Virus record (IMG/VR): IMGVR_UViG_3300036802_000167
Span: 1-27,254 of that record
Source of the DNA: a virus
Taxonomy: Duplodnaviria > Caudoviricetes
DNA length: 27,254 nucleotides
Direction: 5' to 3' (one strand)
How positions within the stretch are numbered: position 1 is the stretch's first letter; every line of letters starts with the position of its first letter. Positions 21,285 through 27,254 of the stretch are shown here, one piece after another. Position numbers and translations under genes: made by a program. The notes under the pieces are model-generated. The model ran no database searches. It had not been told where the DNA came from and saw only the letters and a program-made list of their open reading frames with translations.

Positions 21285-23018
21285 CTTTTTATCCTTTCCC
21301 GCGAGGGGTACGGGCCGCGGTGCGACATATAACCGTACAGATTTCAGGGGATCGTAGTTGCGGCGGCGGGCGTTCAGCGCCCACAGCGCGAGGGTGGCTG
21401 AGCTGACCGGGGTAATGTCGGAGGCGCTGTCGCGGCGGGACCAGGCCCGGCCGCCGTCGCCGACGTCGCGGGTTTCCGCGGAGGCGACCGAGCTCCACAG
21501 CCCGGGCGCCAGCTCGCGGCCGAGGTGGATGAGCCGGCCGTCTTCCGGGGCGCGCCGGACCTCGGTGACCATCAGCGCGAACGCGGCGGCCTCGTCGGCC
21601 GAGCTGGCCCGGGTAATGTCCAGGCCGGCGTTCTCCGCGCCGTCGGCGAGCCCGGCAGCCGGGCCGTTCTTGGGGATGACGACGGCGGACGGCCGCCAGG
21701 ACCGGCGCAGCTCCAGCAACCGCGGGATGACCCAGGCGGTGCCCTCCCGGTGGCAGCCGCGGGGGATCTCCAGCACCGGCCGCGCCTTCCCGCCGTTCTC
21801 GCCGGGCCGGTACCAGGCGGCGGAGATGCAGGCGCTGATCATGTCCGGGTCGACGTCGACCGCGAACGTGACCGGGCGCACCGCGCCGCCCGGGTCGGGC
21901 ATCGCGCACGCGGCCCAGGAATCCTCCGACAGCACCGCCCAGGACTCGTCGCCGCCGGGCCAGTCACCGACGCCGAGGCGTTCCCGGTCGAACGTCGGGC
22001 CGGACATGGCGTTGAGCTCGTTCTGGACGTGGTCGATGCTGATCCGGGTGCCGAGCGCCGGGTTGGCCTTCGCCCAGGACCGCGGGTCGTCCCGGTCGTC
22101 GTGCAGCGGGCAGGTGACGTACCGGTTGGCGGACCGGCCGCGCAGCTCGTCGCGCGGGCAGGTGTCCAGGTGCGGGTTAACCGACCACTCGGCGCCCATC
22201 AGCTTCGGGTCCCGGCGCAGCACCCGGCGGCGCACGGATGCGAGCTGGACGCTGTCCTTGTAGCCGGCCGACGCAGTGTAGACCACCTGCGGGTTCGGCA
22301 CCGCGGACAGGGTGGGCAGCGACGCCCCGACCACCTCATCAGACAGGATCATGGCCTCGTCGTAGACCACCAGGTCGGCGGTGAACGCGCGCCCGGAACC
22401 GCGGGACCGGGCCAGGAATCGCAGCCGGGCGGCGACATTGCGGCGGATCCGCTTCCCGCCGGCCCCGAAGATGAGCGTCGGGGCGGGGCGCAGCTCGATC
22501 GCCTCGTCGCCGTGGCTGGTGGTGACCGACTTCAGCCGGCGGCGCAGCTCGTCGTAGCCGGTGACCGCGTCGCGGACCCGGCGGAAGTGCTCGGCAGCCG
22601 CCTTGAACTCGTGCGCGGTATGGATCAGCATCGACTCGCCGAACAGGAACAGGCCGGCCAGCTCGCGCACTTCCAGGCAGGTGTTTTTCCCGTTCTGCCT
22701 GCTCATCACGAGGTAGTTCTCGAAGCTGGCCCAGCGGCCGTCCGGCTTCGTACCGCACAGCTCGCCCAGCCACCACCGCTGCCACGGGTCCAGGTCGTAG
22801 CCGAACCCGGCGGCCCACTCCAGCATGTCGGCGGCCTGGTAGTCGCCGCAGCCGCTGGCGTAGGCGGGGTTCGCGCAGGCCGCGCAGGCCGGGTCGGGAT
22901 CCCGGTGCCGGGGCGGGGCCGTCCAGAACCGCGGCGACTGGACGCCGAGAGCGGCCTCGCCGCGCAGCACGGTGCCGTCTGGCAGCCAGACATCGGGGAC
23001 GACGGTGAGCACGGGCAA
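21018..23018 (-). CDS. terL: Terminase large subunit (no stop codon at the expected end near 21330; reads into the membrane ORF)
   Basis: LDPWQ adenine-binding motif, Walker A MSRQNGKN, HTAH, RSRGSGRAF, Walker B LVVYDEA, YTASAG, WAKANPALG, FDRERLG, nuclease FAVDV, DITP. TTG start after GGAGG. Confidence 0.93.
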   Translation of the reverse strand: MPVLTVVPDVWLPDGTVLRGEAALGVQSPRFWTAPPRHRDPDPACAACANPAYASGCGDYQAADMLEWAAGFGYDLDPWQRWWLGELCGTKPDGRWASFENYLVMSRQNGKNTCLEVRELAGLFLFGESMLIHTAHEFKAAAEHFRRVRDAVTGYDELRRRLKSVTTSHGDEAIELRPAPTLIFGAGGKRIRRNVAARLRFLARSRGSGRAFTADLVVYDEAMILSDEVVGASLPTLSAVPNPQVVYTASAGYKDSVQLASVRRRVLRRDPKLMGAEWSVNPHLDTCPRDELRGRSANRYVTCPLHDDRDDPRSWAKANPALGTRISIDHVQNELNAMSGPTFDRERLGVGDWPGGDESWAVLSEDSWAACAMPDPGGAVRPVTFAVDVDPDMISACISAAWYRPGENGGKARPVLEIPRGCHREGTAWVIPRLLELRRSWRPSAVVIPKNGPAAGLADGAENAGLDITRASSADEAAAFALMVTEVRRAPEDGRLIHLGRELAPGLWSSVASAETRDVGDGGRAWSRRDSASDITPVSSATLALWALNARRRNYDPLKSVRLYVAPRPVPLAGKDKKMTTAMEDRLHVTELAGQARKAPAPARVLVTLIAGFFYVIGFLIGGAWRGLAFCAVAARYGYWQGLGLDDGQIAARLAARNPPAPEPAR

Positions 23019-23022
23019 GGGG

Positions 23023-23054
23023 GCCGGGACCTCCCGGGGATATGAGGTCCCGGC
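23023..23054 (-). promoter_or_regulatory. Hairpin sequestering the TerL ribosome-binding site
   Basis: The mRNA reads GCCGGGACCTC-(10-nt loop)-GAGGTCCCGGC a few nt before the TTG: a perfect 11-bp stem containing GAGG. Confidence 0.6.
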
Positions 23055-23121
23055 TCCGTGACGGCCGCGGGCTGCCCGCTAAGCGTAACTCCGCGTCACG
23101 GGAAAACGGCAGGCTGCCCGC

Positions 23122-23715
23122 TCAGGCGGTGATCAGCACCACGAGCAGCACCGCGATCAGCACGGTGTTGAACACGGCGTGGTAAAGCGTGCTGGCCTCC
23201 GTGCCGCCCCGGAAGTACGCCCAGGTGAACAGCAGTCCGCCCCAGGTCAGCGCCAGCGAGGCGCCGAACGGGATGAGCATGATCATGTGCACCAGGCCGA
23301 AGCGCAGGCTGCGCAGGCAGCCGTGCCGCCAGTCCCGGGTCCCGGCCCGGTACTTGACCTCCTCGGCCCGCGCGAACCGGGGCAGGGCCAGGGCGAGCAC
23401 CGGCAGGAAGATGACGGCGTACCACTTCCAGGTCGTCACCCCGGTGAACAGCAAGTTGCCCTGGCCGTTGCCGCTGCCGGCGTGGAAGATCTCCGCGACG
23501 GCCCACAGCACCGGGTTCTTGTCGAACACCGACGGCGCCGCGAAATGCAGGCCGATCGCCGTGCCGGCCACGGCCGTGATCGCCAGCAGCGCGGCCAGCA
23601 GGTGCCGCAGCCGGTACTGCCGGATAATGGCCAGGTTCGCGCGCAGCCCGCCATGGCCGAACGCGGCGTTGGCCACGAGCACCCCGATGCCGGCCGTCAG
23701 GATGATCTTGAACAT
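23122..23715 (-). CDS. CPBP/Abi-family (CAAX-like) intramembrane metalloprotease
   Basis: Multiple TM segments; motifs EEVKYR, FGLVH and HAVFN; GGAGG RBS before the ATG at 23715. Confidence 0.8.
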   Translation of the reverse strand: MFKIILTAGIGVLVANAAFGHGGLRANLAIIRQYRLRHLLAALLAITAVAGTAIGLHFAAPSVFDKNPVLWAVAEIFHAGSGNGQGNLLFTGVTTWKWYAVIFLPVLALALPRFARAEEVKYRAGTRDWRHGCLRSLRFGLVHMIMLIPFGASLALTWGGLLFTWAYFRGGTEASTLYHAVFNTVLIAVLLVVLITA

Positions 23716-23739
23716 GGTCCTCCGTAATACTGCGCCAGG

Positions 23740-23795
23740 AAAAAGGGGCGGCAGGCCCCGCGCGTTCGGGGGGTTCGCAGCCGGGCCTGCCGCCC
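23740..23795 (-). terminator. Intrinsic terminator-like hairpin with U-tract inside the packaging region
   Basis: 13-bp stem GGGCGGCAGGCCC/GGGCCTGCCGCCC followed on the minus strand by CTTTTT. Confidence 0.65.
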
Positions 23796-23898
23796 GGCCG
23801 GCCATGCGCCCGCGGGGGAGTAGAGTGCGGGACGCCGCCAGCCGCCGGCCGCTTGTATCCCGCCGCCGGCCAGCGGGTTCTTCCCTTCCCCGGGGAAG

Positions 23899-24111
23899 CT
23901 ACCGGAACTCATACCCGTGCTCCATGTCCTGCACCAGCCAGAAATCCGACTCGCCGTCGGGGAACCGGACCGCATAGCAGCGGCGGCCGGATTCCGGGTC
24001 GTCCAGGGTACCGGTCAGCGTCGCCCACTGCCCGCTGCGGAACGCGTCCGGGTGGGTGGCGCGGATCTCCGTCGCGCCCGGCGGTATCCCGCTGTCCGGC
24101 ATCAGTGACAT
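23899..24111 (-). CDS. Small hypothetical phage protein (70 aa)
   Basis: HPDAFRSGQWA...CYAVRFPDGESDFW; closely packed in the operon. Confidence 0.75.
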   Translation of the reverse strand: MSLMPDSGIPPGATEIRATHPDAFRSGQWATLTGTLDDPESGRRCYAVRFPDGESDFWLVQDMEHGYEFR

Positions 24112-24113
24112 GG

Positions 24114-24260
24114 TCAGTACCAGTCAACCAGCTCGGCGTGCACCGGGCTGACTTCCTCCAGGAACTCGGGCGGGAACTCCCCGAGCGTGGCGGGGGGTTC
24201 GTCCATGCCCTCGGGCAGGTCGAACGTCGCCTTCCACACGAACGTCACGCGCTTGCTCAT
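24114..24260 (-). CDS. Small acidic protein (48 aa, MSKRVTFVWKATFDLPEG...LVDWY); not in ORF track
   Basis: TGATG overlap, AGGAG RBS. Confidence 0.7.
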   Translation of the reverse strand: MSKRVTFVWKATFDLPEGMDEPPATLGEFPPEFLEEVSPVHAELVDWY

Positions 24261-24484
24261 CAGTTCTCTCCTGATCCCTGCCGGGCAGCGAGAGCCTGGC
24301 GGATGAACGGCATGAGGTGGGCGGCGATTTCTTCCCAGGCGCCGTCCTTGTCAGCTGTCCACTGCTCTTTGTGACCGCAGGCGCAGGTTCCGCGGTAGCG
24401 GTAGTCTCCCGTGTGCTCGCCGGGCCGGGGCTGCTCGTTGAGCTCGGTCTCCATGCCGGCGAACCGGTGTTCCAGCACGGTCAT
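24260..24484 (-). CDS. Small hypothetical protein (H..CxCG..H)
   Basis: TGATG overlaps at both ends. Confidence 0.7.
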   Translation of the reverse strand: MTVLEHRFAGMETELNEQPRPGEHTGDYRYRGTCACGHKEQWTADKDGAWEEIAAHLMPFIRQALAARQGSGEN

Positions 24485-24771
24485 CAGATCACCCGCACGT
24501 GGTAAGGATCATTACCGTGGTGATGCGGGCCGACGGTTATCGGCTTCCCGCCGGGAGTGAGCATGTGCACGTGCACCCGGTCGCGGTGCGGGCAGCGGCG
24601 CGGGCAGAACCCGGCCGCCTTGAACCCGTCGGCTTCCAGGTTAGCGACGCCGGCCGCGATCTCGCCTGGCACCGGCCATGGCCGCAGCATGGACCGGGCC
24701 GCGATCTCGGCCGCGACCAGGACCGTGGCGGCGGTGACGGCGGCGGTCACGGCGATCGTGCGGACGTTCAC
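24484..24771 (-). CDS. Hypothetical protein with an N-terminal hydrophobic segment and His/Cys-rich tail
   Basis: GTGA overlap start (MNVRTIAV...). Confidence 0.65.
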   Translation of the reverse strand: MNVRTIAVTAAVTAATVLVAAEIAARSMLRPWPVPGEIAAGVANLEADGFKAAGFCPRRCPHRDRVHVHMLTPGGKPITVGPHHHGNDPYHVRVI

Positions 24772-24974
24772 CGGGCCGCCTTCCGGAGCAGCCCGGTGGC
24801 GGCGGCTGCGGCTGCGACGGCGAATGCAGCGATCCCGGACCACCACGGCGCGGGATGCCCGAGAGCCGCCTGCCAGAACAGCCCGCAGAACACCGCCGCG
24901 AGTACGCCGCAGGCGATCGCGAGGAAAACCGCCTGTTCCCGGTTCAGGGGCTTCCTGTCGTTGCTGTCGTTCAT
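24768..24974 (-). CDS. Small two-TM membrane protein (68 aa)
   Basis: TGATG overlap, GGAGG RBS, two hydrophobic helices. Confidence 0.7.
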   Translation of the reverse strand: MNDSNDRKPLNREQAVFLAIACGVLAAVFCGLFWQAALGHPAPWWSGIAAFAVAAAAAATGLLRKAAR

Positions 24975-25522
24975 CAGGCCTCCGGCGCGACGTAGAAGTG
25001 GTGCGGCAGGATGCCGAGCGTGTACGTGCCGCGGAACCGGGGCATGCTGCCGGCCAGCTCGCCGAGGTGCCAGTAGGTGTGCACGGCCAGGTGCTCCCAG
25101 ACTCCGCCGCCGGTCAGCAGGGCGGGCGTGCCGGGCGGGCCGGGGGCGTCCCACTGCGACTCGTCAAAGCGGCGCAGTACCCGCAGCGCCCGGATCACGG
25201 CCCGGCGGTAGCTCTCCAGCAGCACCTCTTTCGACCAGGCCTCCGCCTCGGCGCACCGGCCGGCCGTGCCCGCCGTGGTGCCGTCGCCCGTCTCGTTGAA
25301 AACGGCGTGGAAGCCGGGGCTGTGCAGCAGCCCGCGGTCGCTGTCGAACCAGGAGCTGAACAGGTCGGCGACGCACGCCAGGTGCCCGGTGACCCAGGCG
25401 GCGGAGAACCCGTTGACGTTGACCTTGTAGAACTCGCCGTCGTCCAGCGGCTCCAGCCCGAGCATCAGCGTAGCGCCGCTGCGCTCCAGCTGCCGCGCTA
25501 CGACGTCGTGCGGGCGGCTCAT
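24974..25522 (-). CDS. DinB/YfiT-superfamily protein
   Basis: SAAWVTGHLA ... HLAVHTYWHLGEL three-His signature; start MSRPHD (TGATG overlap). Confidence 0.82.
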   Translation of the reverse strand: MSRPHDVVARQLERSGATLMLGLEPLDDGEFYKVNVNGFSAAWVTGHLACVADLFSSWFDSDRGLLHSPGFHAVFNETGDGTTAGTAGRCAEAEAWSKEVLLESYRRAVIRALRVLRRFDESQWDAPGPPGTPALLTGGGVWEHLAVHTYWHLGELAGSMPRFRGTYTLGILPHHFYVAPEA

Positions 25523-26217
25523 CAGATCACCTTCCCGGCTTCGAGCAGCAGCCGGGCGGCCTGCAGCCGGTCCCAGTTCTCCGGGTCGGGCTGGGTGCCG
25601 CTCTCGTGCCAGCGGCGGGCCAGCGCCCGGTACAGCTCGCGGGCGGTGTCGCCGATGAAGCCGGGCGGGGTGTTTTCCTTCATCCAGCGCAGCGCGGCGT
25701 CGGCGGACGGGAAGCCCTGGCCGCCCTCCGGCAGCGCGAGCCAGCCGGCGTACTGCTGGCCGCTCTTGGCGACGCCCCACCGGTCGATGGCGCGCAGCGC
25801 GTTCAGGGTGAGCGCGACCGCGCGGACGTTGGCCTGCCAGCCGGGCGGGGTCCCGGTCCATCGCTGCTCGTAGACGTCGGTGGCGTAGCGCAGCGGGCCG
25901 TACAGCCCGGAGGTGAACGACACGACCGCGCCCGGATGGGACTCCGTCACGCGGGCCAGCGGGCCGGTGCGGTCCATCCGCAGGTCCCACTCGGCGAACC
26001 CGGCCTCGATGACGACCAGTCCGTCCAGGGCGAGCGCGGCGGTTTCCTCCTCCAGCATCGCCAGGGTGGACTTCCAGAAGCTGACGTCGCGGGCGCCCTC
26101 GCCGTAGCGGCGGCCTGCCTGCCGGAACAGGGCACTGCTGCGGCGCGCCTCCGCGGGCGTCTCCGGGTCGATCCAGTGACCGGCCTGGTACGGGTGCACC
26201 TCGAACTTCATGTCCAC
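25522..26217 (-). CDS. Phage DnaJ-like protein with a degenerate C-terminal J domain
   Basis: HPGAVVSF..GPLRYATDVY..WQANVRAVALTLNALRAIDRWGV..GQQYAGWLALP core, followed by YRALARRWH...WDRLQAA helices. Confidence 0.7.
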   Translation of the reverse strand: MDMKFEVHPYQAGHWIDPETPAEARRSSALFRQAGRRYGEGARDVSFWKSTLAMLEEETAALALDGLVVIEAGFAEWDLRMDRTGPLARVTESHPGAVVSFTSGLYGPLRYATDVYEQRWTGTPPGWQANVRAVALTLNALRAIDRWGVAKSGQQYAGWLALPEGGQGFPSADAALRWMKENTPPGFIGDTARELYRALARRWHESGTQPDPENWDRLQAARLLLEAGKVI

Positions 26218-26477
26218 TACCGTGCTCCCGATCTTCCCTGCCGCGGCATGCGGACCGGGTCATGCAGGGCACCGTCGGCGGTAACCGGGCAGACCGGGTC
26301 GCCGTCGTCGCCGACCCAGCCGCCGTCCGGGGCCTTGTGAATCTGGTGGCCGCCGTTCTTGCACACTGCGGTGTCCCGCTGGTACCCGGCGTCGATCTGG
26401 TTGAAGTCGTCGTCCCAGTCGCGTTCCGCGGTCAATGCCGTCTCCTGCCCGTTGCCGTCCGGTTCATGATACCGCAA
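26217..26477 (-). CDS. Hypothetical protein (C..H..C..H)
   Basis: Packed between TerS and the J-like gene. Confidence 0.6.
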   Translation of the reverse strand: MRYHEPDGNGQETALTAERDWDDDFNQIDAGYQRDTAVCKNGGHQIHKAPDGGWVGDDGDPVCPVTADGALHDPVRMPRQGRSGAR

Positions 26478-26498
26478 GAGACAGTGTAGGCGGCCGGG

Positions 26499-26894
26499 CT
26501 ACTCCCCGGTGGCCAGCCGGGCCTCCCGCCGTGCCCGCACCTCGTCGGTGACGTCGCCCTTCCGCTCGCCGGGCGCCATGTCGGCCAGCTGAGCCATGTG
26601 CATGCGCAGCTCGCGGGCGTGCCCGGACGCGTCCCGCGGGGTCATCGGCAGGGTGTCCAGCTCGCGGGCCAGCTTGAGCGCGGTCGCGGCGATCGCCCCG
26701 CTGCGCAGCGCGGCCGGCATCGCCTTCAGGTCGCGGGCGACGGCGGCCTCAACCATCCCCTTGCGGCGGGCCGGCGGCCGGGGCGCCCTGGCCGGGGCCT
26801 CCGGGGCCTCCGGGGGCGCGACGGGGGCCGGATCGAGACGGTCCATCGCGGTCAGCGTCTCGTCTATCGCAGCGATTGTCTCCCGGGCAGGCAT
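26499..26894 (-). CDS. terS: Probable terminase small subunit (actinophage helical type)
   Basis: AIAATALKLARELD....RELR..MAQL...DVTDEVRARREARL pattern; upstream of TerL on the same strand. Confidence 0.65.
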   Translation of the reverse strand: MPARETIAAIDETLTAMDRLDPAPVAPPEAPEAPARAPRPPARRKGMVEAAVARDLKAMPAALRSGAIAATALKLARELDTLPMTPRDASGHARELRMHMAQLADMAPGERKGDVTDEVRARREARLATGE

Positions 26895-27060
26895 CAGCGA
26901 ACTCGATCTCGTAGATGCGCCGCACCGGGAACCCGTCCCCGTCAGGCAGTACCCAGTCCTGGCTGAGTACCCGGAACACCTGGCCGGGCGGCGGCGGCTC
27001 GCAATGCCATTCCCGCCAGTATGCCCCGCCGGAAGGGACGGCAGCCAGCTCGCGCAGCAT
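26749..27060 (-). CDS. Hypothetical protein (3' end overlaps TerS)
   Basis: ATG after AGGA; the first 55 or so residues look coding, and the tail overlaps terS by 146 nt. Confidence 0.4.
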   Translation of the reverse strand: MLRELAAVPSGGAYWREWHCEPPPPGQVFRVLSQDWVLPDGDGFPVRRIYEIEFADACPGDNRCDRRDADRDGPSRSGPRRAPGGPGGPGQGAPAAGPPQGDG

Positions 27061-27069
27061 GCCGGGATC

Positions 27070-27252
27070 CTATCCGTTCTCTATCGAGTCAAGCCGCAGC
27101 GGCAGGATGATCGTCACGGATTCGCGCGCCGACGTTTCCGGGATGGAGACTTTCCAGCCCTGGCCCACGCCGATGCCGTCCTGGCCGAAGATCGTGGCAG
27201 GCTCGTCAGTAAGCCGCGGGTTCGGACCGTGGCCTTCGGCGATGATGTGCAG
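27070..27252 (-). CDS. Hypothetical protein (5'-truncated by window edge)
   Basis: Open frame LHIIAEGHGPNPRLTDEPATIFGQDG...IENG* running from the window end. Confidence 0.5.
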   Translation of the reverse strand: MHIIAEGHGPNPRLTDEPATIFGQDGIGVGQGWKVSIPETSARESVTIILPLRLDSIENG

Positions 27253-27254
27253 CT

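Noticed and set aside
23800-23880. Minus-strand GCTGGCCGG resembling the Y scaffold 5' end
   Set aside because: It lacks TCGGTTATC and the CCGGT-N8-CACGCC partner, so it is probably a chance match.

Overview
High-GC actinobacterial phage or prophage DNA with two converging blocks. Left block (+ strand, 1-3600): a truncated phage-type ORF, three tRNA genes (Arg-CCG, Cys-GCA and a degenerate Arg-CCT), a tandem array of four Y-RNA-like genes, and a Ro60/Rsr (TROVE+vWA) gene with a downstream hairpin. The four RNAs share a conserved scaffold but carry different internal domains, two of which are circularly permuted tRNA mimics. Right block (- strand, about 27250 to 6230): a long, mostly translationally coupled head-morphogenesis operon with probable TerS, a J-domain-like protein, DinB, a CPBP protease, TerL, HK97 portal, prohead protease and major capsid protein. 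No neck or tail genes are recognisable after the capsid gene. Instead there are Gly/Pro-rich paralogs, a PKD-domain protein, three glycosyltransferases and two methyltransferases, which may form a virion-glycosylation cassette. Family calls rest on motif recognition by eye, not database searches.
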